Counted from the stretch's first letter, positions 19,065-29,091 are shown. The stretch: 64,000 nt of DNA from Rubrimonas sp. (GCA_036735545.1 DAINOD010000007.1:2972-66971), one strand, 5' to 3'. Notes: generated from the letters alone by a model not told the origin. Numbers and translations are program-made.

Positions 19065-20198
19065 TCATGCGCCGACCCGGTGAACCGCGGCGACGGGCGT
19101 CGAGAGACCGTAGTCCCGGAAGTCGCGGTTGAGCGCCGGCAGGGGCGCAATCGACATCGCGCCAGCCGCCGGCTCCATGACGATCATGGCGACCGTGGCG
19201 CTGAGGTTGTCGCCGCGGGACGGCCGAGGCGGCCGGCAGACCGAGAACGGGGTCTGGAAATCGTCGAACAGCGCCGCGCGGACGTCGGCCGGCGTGATCC
19301 GGCCGAGGCGGGGCGTCAACAGGCTGCGCACGCGCAGGTCGCGATAGAGGCTGTCGGGCACCGAGGCGACGCCCGTGTCGCGCAGCTTCGACAGCGCCAC
19401 CGGGCTGATCCAGTGGTTCGCGTGCACCAGCAGCCCGTCGCGCTGCTCGACGACGAAGGTCTCGTCGGGGGCGCACTCGAAGTTGAAGACCAGCCCCTCC
19501 GCATGGCTGAGCACCATGTTGTTCGAGGCCGATTTTGGCGTGGCGTGGATCGCCCGGATCGCGCCGGCGAGCGTGTGCTGTTCGAGCGCCTTGCGCCGGA
19601 TCAGCGCCAGCGGCACGCCGAGCCTGCCATAATCGCGGTCGGACTCGAGGTAGTTCGCCGTGATCGCGAGCCCCGCAGCGTTGAGGCCGGAGCGCGCCAG
19701 CCCCCCGGCCTCGGTGAAGGTCAGCAGGTCCGGCTTGCCCTTCTGGCGCACGTGCAGCACGACGCCGGTCTCCGCGCACTCCGCCTTCCAGTCCCAGTTC
19801 TGCGCATGGATCAGCATGCCGCCCGCGGTCGCCTCGGGCAGCGCGACGACGCTGGTGCAGGCGTCCGGGTCGGGATCTTCGACATGGCCGACCGTGCGCT
19901 CGGCCAGTTTCAGGACCTCGGTCCGGGCGTTCAGGAGGGCGACGGTGGCGAACGGCGCCTCGGCCCCCTTCGCGATCCAGCGCATCTCCTCGACATAGCC
20001 GGCGTCGAACGCCTGCATTCCCGGCGTCAGCTGCGCGACCAGCGCCTCGACCTTCGCCAGATCGAACCCGAGCGCGGCGAGCTGGGCGTGGTAGTGCGCC
20101 GCGCCGCGCGACAGCCGCTCGCCGGCGAGCCGGCCGTAGCGCAGGCCCCGGTCGCGCGCGTCGCCTTCGAGTTCGATCAGCGGAAAATGCTCGACCAT
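19065..20198 (-). CDS. peptidase C45 / acyl-CoA:6-aminopenicillanic-acid acyltransferase-like Ntn hydrolase
   Basis: ORF 19065..20198. Putative Ntn nucleophile context DPDACTSVVALPEATAGG, followed by LIHAQNWDW. First gene of the minus-strand transporter operon. Confidence 0.7.
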   Translation of the reverse strand: MVEHFPLIELEGDARDRGLRYGRLAGERLSRGAAHYHAQLAALGFDLAKVEALVAQLTPGMQAFDAGYVEEMRWIAKGAEAPFATVALLNARTEVLKLAERTVGHVEDPDPDACTSVVALPEATAGGMLIHAQNWDWKAECAETGVVLHVRQKGKPDLLTFTEAGGLARSGLNAAGLAITANYLESDRDYGRLGVPLALIRRKALEQHTLAGAIRAIHATPKSASNNMVLSHAEGLVFNFECAPDETFVVEQRDGLLVHANHWISPVALSKLRDTGVASVPDSLYRDLRVRSLLTPRLGRITPADVRAALFDDFQTPFSVCRPPRPSRGDNLSATVAMIVMEPAAGAMSIAPLPALNRDFRDYGLSTPVAAVHRVGA

Positions 20199-20272
20199 GG
20201 GCTGTTCCTCGTTGCGTGTTCAGCACAGTCGGTATTTTGTGAACATGCAAGACATTTCTGGAGTCATCAACG

Positions 20273-21187
20273 GTGAGCGCCGGGATCGCATCGAAGGGCC
20301 TCGACGGGGCGGGGGCGCGTCGCCCGCGCAGTCCGCTGCACCGCGCCCTTGCGGCGCGCCTGACGCGGCTGTTCCGCGAGCAGGGCCTCGCCGTGGGAGA
20401 CCGCCTGACCGAACACGCGCTGGCGCGCGCGCTGGGCGTGTCGCGTACGCCCGTGCGCGCGGCGCTGCGCCACCTCGCCGACAGCGGCGTCGTCGCCCGC
20501 ACGGCGCGCGGGCATGTCCTCGCGCGGCTGCCCGAGGCGGCGCAGGCCGAGGCGGACGCGATCGAGAAACCGGCGGAGGAGGCGCTGCTCGTCGCCATCG
20601 CGTCGGCGCGGGTGACGGGCGCGCTGGCCGACGCCGTATCCGAGGCGGACCTGATGCGGCGCTTCGGGGTTTCGCGCGCGGAGGTGCGGCGGGTTCTCGC
20701 GACCATGGGCGAAGCGGGCGTCATCGCGCGAAAACCGGGCTACGGATGGCATTTCGAGCCAATGCTGACCGATCCTGCGGCCCAGGCCGAGAGCTATCGC
20801 CTCCGCCTGCTGCTGGAGCCGGCTGCGATCCTCGAGGAGGGCTTCGCGCTCGATCCGCGCTGGGCGGAGGCGATGCGCCGCCGCCATCAGAACGCGCTCG
20901 CGACGCCATGGGGCGCCACGTCGAGCGTCGGCTTCTTCGAGATGAACGCCGCATTCCACGAAGGGATCGCGCGGGCGTCGGGCAATCGCTTTATCCATGG
21001 CGCGATCGTCCAGCAGAGCCGCGTCCGCCGGTTCCAGAACTACCACTGGACGCTGGGCGAGGCGCGCGTGGAGGCCAACTGCCGCCAGCACCTTGAGATT
21101 CTCGACAGGCTGGAGGCCGGGGACCGGGAGGTCGCGAGCCTGCTGCTGCGCCGGCATATCGACCAGGCGAGAACGCTGGAGGACTGA
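20273..21187 (+). CDS. GntR-family transcriptional regulator with FCD-type C-terminal domain
   Basis: ORF 20273..21187 (GTG start). Winged HTH LTEHALARALGVSRTPVRAALRHLADSGVV. Helical C-terminal domain with FHEGIARASGNRFIHG. Divergent from the C45/ABC operon. Confidence 0.8.
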   Translation: MSAGIASKGLDGAGARRPRSPLHRALAARLTRLFREQGLAVGDRLTEHALARALGVSRTPVRAALRHLADSGVVARTARGHVLARLPEAAQAEADAIEKPAEEALLVAIASARVTGALADAVSEADLMRRFGVSRAEVRRVLATMGEAGVIARKPGYGWHFEPMLTDPAAQAESYRLRLLLEPAAILEEGFALDPRWAEAMRRRHQNALATPWGATSSVGFFEMNAAFHEGIARASGNRFIHGAIVQQSRVRRFQNYHWTLGEARVEANCRQHLEILDRLEAGDREVASLLLRRHIDQARTLED

Positions 21188-21271
21188 CTGGCGGCCAGAT
21201 GTCTTTTGTGAGCTGATGAACCGGCAGGCGACCGGATCGCCCGCAATCGCGTCCCGTCAGGAAAGAGCGCC

Positions 21272-21598
21272 ATGTCCGCCGTCGTCCGAATCCGCCCCGA
21301 GGATTGCCCCACGCCCGCGGAGGGGCGGAAAACCGCAGCCCGCCAGTCCTATGTCGATCCGACCGGCGCGCTGACGGCCGGGATCTGGCGGTCGGCGCCC
21401 GACAGGCTGGATGTCTCCTATCAGCGCGACGAGTTCTGCCTGATCCTCGAGGGCGAGGTCCGCCTGACCGGCGAGGATGGAGCGACGGAGGTGTTTCGCG
21501 CGGGCGACGCATTCCTCGTGCCGGCGGGGTTCCGGGGCGTGTGGGAGATGCCCGTCGCCGTCAGCAAGTATTACGTCCTGCATGACCCTTCCAGGTAG
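21272..21598 (+). CDS. small cupin (DUF861/EutQ-like)
   Basis: ORF 21272..21598. DEFCLILEGEVRLTGEDGATEVFRAGDAFLVPAGFRGVWE is the cupin_3-type core. Confidence 0.75.
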   Translation: MSAVVRIRPEDCPTPAEGRKTAARQSYVDPTGALTAGIWRSAPDRLDVSYQRDEFCLILEGEVRLTGEDGATEVFRAGDAFLVPAGFRGVWEMPVAVSKYYVLHDPSR

Positions 21599-21867
21599 GA
21601 GGGCGGGCGCATCCGCGGCCTGCCTCGGGCTCCAGCAGCCCGCATCCATGAACTCCGACACGTCGTCGAGCAGCGCGCCCGGTTCAGTCGCGGTGACGGC
21701 TTCGTTGACGTCGGGTCGCTTGCCGGCCGTTTGCCGGCCCATGGCGGCCCTTGGCGGCCGATTGGGAACACGAGACCGTCGCCTCGAGGCGGCAGCGCGT
21801 GAACTCGCCCCCGCGTTCGACCCGGCGGAGGTGGCGCTCAAGTCCTGCGACGCCTGCGACTGGCCAC

Positions 21868-22431
21868 CTAGCGTCGGGGCCCACCGCGCTGGTGACGCCC
21901 GCGGCGGCGCGCAAGTTCGCGATACAACGCCTCGCGTGAGACGCCCAGTTCGGACGCGAGATCCTGCCAGGTCCCCTTCGGTGGCAGCGACTCGCCTTCG
22001 CCCAGCCACGCATCCAGCCGCTCGGCTACGGTTCTGAGAGTGCGGAGTTCGGCCCTCAGCCGCGCCGCCTGAACGGCGTGGGCCAGATGCGCAGCCCATG
22101 CTTGCGCCAGTCGGGGCTCTTCCGCCAACCGAGCGACGAAATGGGCCACCGGCACGGCGCGCAGCATCGCAGGCGCGACCGCCCGCGCGCCGCAGTGGTA
22201 GGCGGCCGCATAGGCCGACGCCTCGGCCAGAACCTGCCCGGCCCGCGCCCGCTGGAGCGTCACGGGCGCACCGCTCCCCGTCACCCGCGACAGCTCCACC
22301 GTCCCCCCGGTGACGAGGTACATCTCGCGCACGGCGTCACCGGCGTGGAAGAGCCATGCGCCACGGTCAAGCGGGCGCGGCTCTGGACCCTCGAAAAGGC
22401 AGGTTATCTCCGGCGACATGATCGAGATCAT
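21868..22431 (-). CDS. Crp/Fnr-family transcriptional regulator (no Fnr-type Cys cluster)
   Basis: ORF 21868..22431. cNMP-binding-like barrel WLFHAGDAVREMYLVTGGTVEL. C-terminal HTH QDLASELGVSREALYRELARRR. Confidence 0.75.
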   Translation of the reverse strand: MISIMSPEITCLFEGPEPRPLDRGAWLFHAGDAVREMYLVTGGTVELSRVTGSGAPVTLQRARAGQVLAEASAYAAAYHCGARAVAPAMLRAVPVAHFVARLAEEPRLAQAWAAHLAHAVQAARLRAELRTLRTVAERLDAWLGEGESLPPKGTWQDLASELGVSREALYRELARRRGRHQRGGPRR

Positions 22432-22489
22432 ATCCCGGCTCGCGCTGGCGTGTCATGCGGGCGCAAGGATGGTTGGAGACCACTGGCCC

Positions 22490-23083
22490 ATGAGAACGTT
22501 GTCCGCCCTGTCGCTCAGTCTCGCGCTCGCTCTTGCTCCGGCCATGTCGGGCGCTCAGGACCATGGCGGTCATGCGTCCCCCTACGCCGGACTCCAGGAC
22601 CGCGCCATCAAGAGCCTGTCGGACAGCGACATCGATGAACTGCGTCGCGGCGGAGGCTGGGGTCTCGCGCTGGCGGCCGAGTTGAACGGCGCGCCCGGCC
22701 CGGCCCATCTGCTGGAGCTGCGCGACGAGATCCCACTGAGCGCGGAGCAGGTCGCCGCCATCGAGGCGATCTTCGCACGGATGAAGGCCGAAGCGATCGA
22801 AGCCGGCGCTCGGCTGATCGCCGCCGAGGAAGCGCTGGAGGCCGGATTCCGGGCTGGCGGGCTTGAAGACGCTCGCCTGAGGTCGCTGGTCGACGCGGCG
22901 GAGGCCGCGCGGGCAGAACTGCGCTTCGTGCATCTGTCGCGCCATCTCTCGACGCCCGCGTTGCTGACGGATGCGCAAATCGCGCGCTACAACATGCTGA
23001 GGGGTTATGGCTCGGACCCATGCGCCAACGCGCCCGAAGGGCACAACGCCGAGATGTGGCGGCGCCACAACAACTGCGGCTGA
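22490..23083 (+). CDS. periplasmic Spy/CpxP/ZraP-family (LTXXQ) protein
   Basis: Part of ORF 22310..23083. Start moved to MRTLSALSLSLALALAPAMSGAQD (signal peptide). Two LTXXQ-like motifs (LSAEQVAAIEAIF, LTDAQIARYNML). His-rich mature N-terminus DHGGHASPY and C-terminal HNAEMWRRHNNCG. Confidence 0.5.
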   Translation: MRTLSALSLSLALALAPAMSGAQDHGGHASPYAGLQDRAIKSLSDSDIDELRRGGGWGLALAAELNGAPGPAHLLELRDEIPLSAEQVAAIEAIFARMKAEAIEAGARLIAAEEALEAGFRAGGLEDARLRSLVDAAEAARAELRFVHLSRHLSTPALLTDAQIARYNMLRGYGSDPCANAPEGHNAEMWRRHNNCG

Positions 23084-23116
23084 GATGGGCCGAGAGAACC
23101 CAGACCGCGAGATCCG

Positions 23117-24349
23117 TCAGGCGTGTCGCGGATTGATCATCGTCTGGGCGGAACTGACGAGGAAGCGCTCCGACAGAGGAAGACTTGCTGCGCCGAGCGC
23201 CCGCGCATCGGGACCGATCGACCCCTCCAGGACGGCGGGCGGGCGTATGCCGGCAAGGTTGATGCGCAGCAGGCGCGCTTTCGTCTCATCCACGAGGCGT
23301 CCCCGGATCGCAGCCGGCAGCCAGCCATCGATCAGGACGGTATCGAGGTCGATGACGGACGCAGCCGCTCCGATCGCATGGGCGATCCCGTAGGCGGCTC
23401 GCTCGACCCACGGCGCGATCAGGTCGTCGTCCACGTCCCAGCCTTCGGGAGCATCCCAGAGACTGCCGACATCCCGACCGCGGTCCTGCATCCCCGCTTC
23501 GAGCCCCGAAAGCGAGGCCAGTTCGATGAGCTGGACAACCCTGCCGTCCGGGGTCGGCACCGGCATGGAGCCGAGCGCCCCAGCGTTGCCGGTGCGCCCG
23601 AGGAACAGGCTGTGCCTCAAGACGATGCCGCCGCCGATGAAGTAGCCGACGTAGAAATACAGGAAGTCGCTCGGCCGGCTGCCGCCGCCGAAGACGAGCT
23701 CGGCTCCGCATGCGGCCGACGCGTCGTTCTGCAGGTGAACGGCGTATCCGGTGATCGACTCCATTTCCGCCTTCACGTCGGTGTTGCGCCATGACGCCAT
23801 CGCGTCCTCGGAAAGGCCGATGACGCGCGCCCACTCCCAGATCTGAGTGGGCATCGCTATGCCGAGGCCGGCGATCCGGCCGGCCTTGTCCGTGCTCAAC
23901 TCGCCGGTCAGTCGCGCGATGGCGCCGGCTGCGAAGTCAAGGACCTCGCCTGCCCTCGGGTAGGTGTAGATGAGCCTGTCCCGCGCGCTGACGTGGCCCA
24001 CGAAATTGGTCAGCACGAGTTCCGCGCTGCGCCGCCCGATCTTCAGGCCGAAAAAGTAGGCCCCGTCCGGCGCGAGGGTCATGGGCACGGACGGCTGGCC
24101 GACCTTCCCCCGGACCGGCTCGCCCTTGAGGAGAAGCCCGTCCGCCTCGAGCGCGCGAACGATAACCGATGCGGTCTGCGCCGACAGGCCGGAAAGACGC
24201 GCGATCTCGGCCTTGGGCAGGCTGCCATGCTGGCGGACAAGCGTCAGCACGAGCCGTTCGTTGTGGTCGCGGACGCCCGTGAGGTTCGATCCGCGAAGGA
24301 GCAGGCGACGCGGAGTGCCATCCTCATGTCCGCCCGGAGGATGATCCAC
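23117..24349 (-). CDS. ROK-family transcriptional regulator
   Basis: ORF 23117..24403 (TTG). I prefer GTG at 24349, preceded by GGAGAGGAG with a 6-nt spacer. wHTH NERLVLTLVRQHGSLPKAEIARLSGLSAQTASVIVRALEADGLL, then a ROK sugar-kinase-like body (FIGGGIVL). Confidence 0.8.
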   Translation of the reverse strand: MDHPPGGHEDGTPRRLLLRGSNLTGVRDHNERLVLTLVRQHGSLPKAEIARLSGLSAQTASVIVRALEADGLLLKGEPVRGKVGQPSVPMTLAPDGAYFFGLKIGRRSAELVLTNFVGHVSARDRLIYTYPRAGEVLDFAAGAIARLTGELSTDKAGRIAGLGIAMPTQIWEWARVIGLSEDAMASWRNTDVKAEMESITGYAVHLQNDASAACGAELVFGGGSRPSDFLYFYVGYFIGGGIVLRHSLFLGRTGNAGALGSMPVPTPDGRVVQLIELASLSGLEAGMQDRGRDVGSLWDAPEGWDVDDDLIAPWVERAAYGIAHAIGAAASVIDLDTVLIDGWLPAAIRGRLVDETKARLLRINLAGIRPPAVLEGSIGPDARALGAASLPLSERFLVSSAQTMINPRHA

Positions 24350-24404
24350 GGCGCGCTCCTCTCCCGTGGGAGACAGGATGACGGATCGGACATGCGCCGT
24401 CAAT

Positions 24405-24425
24405 AATAAGTCACGTTGAGTTATT
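24405..24425. promoter_or_regulatory. imperfect 21-bp palindrome AATAAGTCA-cgt-TGAGTTATT between the ROK gene and the sugar ABC operon
   Basis: Read from the sequence. 8 of 9 arm positions are complementary. It is the most AT-rich spot of this intergenic region, followed by TTGACA at about 24428. Candidate operator only. Confidence 0.3.
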
Positions 24426-24526
24426 TATTGACATGGCGCGGCGTTTCGCGCTTTTCTGACGCCAAGGCGGCCGTCGGCCGCCAGCGTCGGCCGATCAACG
24501 GTCAACCGGAAACGGGAGGAAACGAA

Positions 24527-25555
24527 TTGACACGCATGCTCACGCTGCTCGCTGCTTCCACGGCTGTGATGGGATTTGTCGCAACCGCAGGCGGCGCTTC
24601 GGCCCAGTCGATCACCGCATGCCTGATCACGAAGACCGACACCAACCCGTTTTTCGTGAAGATGCGGGAAGGCGCGGCCGAGAAGGCCGCCGAACTCGGG
24701 ATCGAGCTCAAGACCTTCGCTGGCCGCGTGGACGGCGACCACGAGACCCAGGTCCAGGCGATCGAGACCTGCATCATCGACGGGGCGAAGGGCATCCTGA
24801 TCGCGGCGTCCGACACCTCCTCGATCGTGCCGGCCGTCCGGCAGGCGCGCGATGCGGGGCTGCTCGTGATCGCGCTCGACACGCCGCTTGAGCCCATCGA
24901 CGCCGCCGACGCGACCTTCGCGACCGACAACTTCCTCGCGGGGCTGCTTATCGGACAATGGGCGCGCGCAAAGCTGGGCGACGCCGCGGAGACCGCCCGC
25001 ATCGCGACGCTCGACCTCGCGATCAGCCAACCGTCGGTCGACGTCCTGCGCAACCAGGGCTTCCTGCAGGGCTTTGGCGTCGACCTCAACGACCCGAACG
25101 TGATCGGCGACGAAACCGACCCGCGGCTGGTGGGCTCCGATGTGACCCAGGGCAACGAGGAAGGCGGCCGCCGCGCCATGGAGAACCTCCTCGCGAGGGA
25201 CCCGATGATCAACGTCGTTCACACGATCAACGAGCCGGCGGCCGCCGGCGCCTTCGAGGCGCTCCGCGCCATCGGTCGGGAGAACGACGTTCTCATCGTA
25301 TCGGTCGACGGCGGCTGCCCGGGCGTGCAGAACGTGGCCGACGGCGTGATCGGCGCGACCTCGCAGCAGTACCCGCTCCTCATGGCCTCGCTGGGCATCG
25401 AGGCGATCAAGCGCTGGGCCGACGAAGGCGTGAAGCCCGAGCCGACGCCGGGCAAGGACTTCTTCGACACGGGCGTGGCGCTCGTGACCGATGAGCCCGT
25501 GGAAGGCGTCGACTCGATCTCGGTCGAAGAGGGCATGGCGCGCTGCTGGGGCTGA
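24527..25555 (+). CDS. sugar ABC importer substrate-binding protein (RbsB/FrcB-like)
   Basis: Part of ORF 24416..25555. TTG at 24527 lies 6 nt after GGGAGGA (alternative ATG 24536). Signal peptide [24 protein letters not shown]. Type-I periplasmic binding fold beginning [17 protein letters not shown]. Confidence 0.85.
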   Translation: MTRMLTLLAASTAVMGFVATAGGASAQSITACLITKTDTNPFFVKMREGAAEKAAELGIELKTFAGRVDGDHETQVQAIETCIIDGAKGILIAASDTSSIVPAVRQARDAGLLVIALDTPLEPIDAADATFATDNFLAGLLIGQWARAKLGDAAETARIATLDLAISQPSVDVLRNQGFLQGFGVDLNDPNVIGDETDPRLVGSDVTQGNEEGGRRAMENLLARDPMINVVHTINEPAAAGAFEALRAIGRENDVLIVSVDGGCPGVQNVADGVIGATSQQYPLLMASLGIEAIKRWADEGVKPEPTPGKDFFDTGVALVTDEPVEGVDSISVEEGMARCWG

Positions 25556-25630
25556 TCGCGTCGGGACAGGACGTGATCGAGGGGCGGCCGACCGCCCCTC
25601 GACGCCCGATGCGGTGGGCGCCGCACGGCC

Positions 25631-26731
25631 ATGGCCGTATCGAGCGGGGAGGATGACGTGACCGAGACCGCCTCCAAGGGGCAAGACTACGAGTCCGCGC
25701 TCTCGGCGGCGAGCCAGTCGGTCGCCGAATTCGACGATCAGCGGACCGGCCTGGTGCACAGGCTCCAGAACCTGCTGCACATGAACCCGTCGCTGGTGCC
25801 GCTGATCGTTCTCGTCGTGTCCGTCGCCATCTTCGGCATTCTTCTCGGCTCGCGCTTCTTCTCGCCCTTCGCGCTGACCCTGATCCTCCAACAGGTGCAG
25901 ATCGTCGGCATCCTCGCCGCGGCGCAGACGCTCGTGATCCTGACGAAGGGCATCGACCTCTCGGTCGGAGCGATCATGGTGCTTTCCTCGGTCGTGATGG
26001 GTCAGTTCACCTTCCGCTACGGAATGCCGGTGGAGCTGGCCGTCCTTTGCGGCCTGCTCTGCGGCGCGCTGTGCGGGTTCTTCAACGGCTGGCTTGTCGC
26101 AAAGGTCAAGCTCCCGCCCTTCATCGTGACGCTCGGCATGTGGCAGATCGTGCTAGCCACGAACTTCCTGTTCTCCAGAAACGAGACCATCCGCTCGCAG
26201 GATATCGAGGCGCAGGCTGCGCTGCTTCAGTTCTTCGGCGGCAAGTTCAGCCTGGGCGGCGCGGTCTTCACCTACGGCGTGGTCTTCGTGGTGCTGCTGG
26301 TCCTCGTGCTCGCCTATGCGCTGCGGCACACCGCATGGGGGCGGCATGTCTACGCGGTCGGCGACGATCCGGACGCCGCCGAGCTGTCGGGCGTTCAGGT
26401 CAAGCAGGTGCTGATCTCCGTCTACGTCCTCTCCGGCCTCATCTGCGCCTTCGCGGGCTGGGCGTTGATCGGCCGGATCGGGTCGGTGTCGCCGACGTCG
26501 GGTCAGCTCGGCAACATCGAGTCGATCACGGCCGTCGTGATCGGGGGCATCTCCCTTTTCGGCGGGCGCGGCTCGATCCTGGGGGCCTTCTTCGGCGCGC
26601 TGATCGTGGGCGTGTTCACGCTCGGGCTCCGGCTCCTCGGCGCCGACGCGCAATGGACCTTCCTGCTCATCGGCGTCCTGATCATCGCGGCGGTGGCGGT
26701 GGACCAGTGGATCAGAAAGGTGTCGGGCTGA
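25631..26731 (+). CDS. sugar ABC importer permease (RbsC/FrcC-like)
   Basis: ORF 25631..26731. About 10 TM segments. Conserved TAVVIGGISLFGGRGSILG loop typical of BPD_transp_2 sugar permeases. Confidence 0.85.
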   Translation: MAVSSGEDDVTETASKGQDYESALSAASQSVAEFDDQRTGLVHRLQNLLHMNPSLVPLIVLVVSVAIFGILLGSRFFSPFALTLILQQVQIVGILAAAQTLVILTKGIDLSVGAIMVLSSVVMGQFTFRYGMPVELAVLCGLLCGALCGFFNGWLVAKVKLPPFIVTLGMWQIVLATNFLFSRNETIRSQDIEAQAALLQFFGGKFSLGGAVFTYGVVFVVLLVLVLAYALRHTAWGRHVYAVGDDPDAAELSGVQVKQVLISVYVLSGLICAFAGWALIGRIGSVSPTSGQLGNIESITAVVIGGISLFGGRGSILGAFFGALIVGVFTLGLRLLGADAQWTFLLIGVLIIAAVAVDQWIRKVSG

Positions 26732-27507
26732 TGGACCCCATCCTCGAAGCCCGGGGGCTCGTGAAGCGATACGGACGGGTCACCGCGCTCGACCACGCCG
26801 ACTTCGAGCTCTACCCGGGCGAGATCCTTGCGGTGATCGGCGACAACGGGGCGGGCAAGTCCACGCTGATCAAGGCGCTCTCGGGCGCGATCACGCCCGA
26901 CGAGGGCGACATCCGCCTCGAAGGAGCCCGCGTCCAGTTCTCGTCCCCGCTCGATGCGCGCAGGCACGGGATCGAGACGGTCTACCAGCAACTCGCCATG
27001 TCGCCCGCGCTGTCCATCGCCGACAACATGTTCATGGGGCGCGAGATCCGGAAGTCGGGCCTCATGGGCAGGTGGCTCCGCCAGCTCGACCGGCCGGCGA
27101 TGGAGCGGTTCGCACGCGAGAAGCTCAACGAACTCGGCCTCATGACGATCCAGAACATTCGCCAGCCGGTCGAAACGCTGTCCGGAGGCCAGCGCCAGGG
27201 CGTGGCCGTCGCGCGGGCCGCAGCCTTCGGTTCCAAGGTGATCATTCTCGACGAACCGACCGCGGCCCTTGGCGTCAAGGAAAGCCGCCGCGTGCTGGAA
27301 CTGATCCTCGACGTGAAACGGCGCGGCATTCCGATCGTGCTCATCAGCCACAACATGCCCCATGTCTTCGAAGTCGCCGACCGCATTCACATACATCGGC
27401 TTGGGCGCCGGCTGTGCGTGATCCGCCCGGGGGACTATCAGATGAGCGACGCGGTCGCCTTGATGACCGGCGCCAAGGAGCCGCCGGTCGAGCGCTCCGC
27501 CGCCTAG
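26731..27507 (+). CDS. sugar ABC importer ATPase, single NBD (FrcA-like)
   Basis: Part of ORF 26047..27507. ATG at 26731 overlaps the permease TGA. Walker A GDNGAGKST, signature LSGGQRQGV, Walker B VIILDEPTAALG, H-loop LISHNM. Confidence 0.9.
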   Translation: MDPILEARGLVKRYGRVTALDHADFELYPGEILAVIGDNGAGKSTLIKALSGAITPDEGDIRLEGARVQFSSPLDARRHGIETVYQQLAMSPALSIADNMFMGREIRKSGLMGRWLRQLDRPAMERFAREKLNELGLMTIQNIRQPVETLSGGQRQGVAVARAAAFGSKVIILDEPTAALGVKESRRVLELILDVKRRGIPIVLISHNMPHVFEVADRIHIHRLGRRLCVIRPGDYQMSDAVALMTGAKEPPVERSAA

Positions 27508-27778
27508 CAGGGGGCGCCGTGAACAAGGCGCGGAGACCTGCGGAACCGCGCCAGGGGCGGGCTGAGGCGGCGACCATCTCCGGAGCGCGACTGTCGCCGG
27601 AATTTCTCAGGTTTGGGCCGTTCCCTCCGGTGGTGAGGGCTGCGTGGGGGCTCCGAGGGTGCGACCGCCCCCGACGAGGTCGATACGCCAAGGCGAGACC
27701 ATTCGCGGCGGGTGGCGCTGATGCCGGAGATCAGACCACCTGGCGTGATGGCGAAGGGCGTCTCCGAAGCCGGGCGTG

Positions 27779-29083
27779 CTAGGCCAGCCCCAGAGCGCGC
27801 GGCAGCGCGAGCGACAGCGCTGGCGCGGCGATCAGCAGCGCAAGCCGAACGAGGTCGGCCAGCACGAAGGGCGCCGCCCCGCGCCAGATCGCGCCGAGGG
27901 GCGTTTCGGGCGAGACAGCGCGGATGACGAACAGGTTCATGCCGACCGGCGGCGTGATCAAGCCGATCTCCACCACGCTGACCAGCAGCACCCCGAACCA
28001 GATCGGGTGCAGTCCCAGCGCCTCGACCAGCGGGAAGACGGTCGGCAGGGTGAGCAGGATCATCGAGAGGCTGTCGAGAAAGCAGCCCAGCACGAGATAG
28101 AGCGCCATCACGGCCATCAGCGCGCCGAACGGCGTGAGCCCTGCCTCGGCGACCCAGCCAACGGCGGCGCGCGGCAGGCCGGAGCTTTCGACGAAGAAGT
28201 TGAACCAGGCCGCGCCGATCAGGATCAGAAAGATCATCCCCGTCGTCTGCGCCGTCTCCAGCAGCCCGTCGCGCAGGCTCGCAACACCCAGCCGTCCGCG
28301 CACGGCGGCGAGCGCCAGCGCGCCTCCGGCCCCGATCGCCGCCGCCTCGGTCGGCGAGAACAGCCCCCCGTAGATGCCGCCGATCACCAGCGTGAACAGG
28401 AGCGCCACATCCCAGACGCCGCGCAGCAGCCGCAGGCGCGCCGGCCACGGCATCCGCTCCGCGGCGCGCCCGGCGCCGGGGCGCAACGCCACCACCGCCC
28501 GCACCGCGCCCATGTAAAGCAGCGTCGCCAGCACCCCGGGGACCAGAGCCGCGGCGAACAGCGCGCCGATGGATTGCTGCGCGATCAGCCCGTAGAGCAC
28601 GAGGATGATCGAGGGCGGAATCAATACCCCCAGCGTGCCGCCCGCCGCCACGGCGCCGGCCGCCAGCGCGTCGTCGTAGCCCGCCGCGCGCATCTGGGGC
28701 AGCGCCACCCGCCCCATGGTCGCGGCCGTCGCCAGAGAGGAGCCGCAGATCGCCCCGAACCCGGCGCAGGCGCCCACCGTCGCCATGGCGAGGCCCCCGG
28801 GCCGGTGCCCGACGAAGGCGCCGACCGCCGCATAGAGATTGCGCGACAGTCCCGCATGGGTGGCGAAGACGCCCATGAACACGAACAGCGGCACCACCGA
28901 CAGGCCATAGGGAAAAACCGCCTCGAAGGCGAGATTGCCGAGCACGAAGGACGCGCCGCCCCAGCCGACCGCGAGCCACGCGCCGCCCGCGCCCACCAGC
29001 CCCATCGCCACCGCGACCGGCACGCGCAGCGCGATCATCCCCATCGCGGCGGCGAAGCCCGCCGCGCCCATCCATTCACCCAT
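27779..29083 (-). CDS. dctM: TRAP transporter large permease
   Basis: Part of ORF 27779..30250. Start MGEWMGAAGFAAAMGMIALRVPVAVAMG. DctM-type body (FMGVFATHAGLSRNLY.., LLYMGAVRAV..). Confidence 0.9.
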   Translation of the reverse strand: MGEWMGAAGFAAAMGMIALRVPVAVAMGLVGAGGAWLAVGWGGASFVLGNLAFEAVFPYGLSVVPLFVFMGVFATHAGLSRNLYAAVGAFVGHRPGGLAMATVGACAGFGAICGSSLATAATMGRVALPQMRAAGYDDALAAGAVAAGGTLGVLIPPSIILVLYGLIAQQSIGALFAAALVPGVLATLLYMGAVRAVVALRPGAGRAAERMPWPARLRLLRGVWDVALLFTLVIGGIYGGLFSPTEAAAIGAGGALALAAVRGRLGVASLRDGLLETAQTTGMIFLILIGAAWFNFFVESSGLPRAAVGWVAEAGLTPFGALMAVMALYLVLGCFLDSLSMILLTLPTVFPLVEALGLHPIWFGVLLVSVVEIGLITPPVGMNLFVIRAVSPETPLGAIWRGAAPFVLADLVRLALLIAAPALSLALPRALGLA

Positions 29084-29091
29084 GGGGCCGC

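Noticed and set aside
20217-20245. TGTTCA-N17-TGAACA inverted repeat between the C45 operon and the GntR gene, as a possible GntR operator.
   Set aside because: The arms are only 6 bp and the spacer is long, so this could easily arise by chance. It is not reported as a feature.
21599-21867. Coding-like minus-strand frame (MGRQTAGKRPDVNEAVTATEPGALLDDVSEFMDAGCW..) in the 270-bp gap downstream of the Crp-family gene.
   Set aside because: The frame has no stop until it has run antisense through the cupin gene. It has no SD and I recognise no family. The evidence is insufficient to call a gene.
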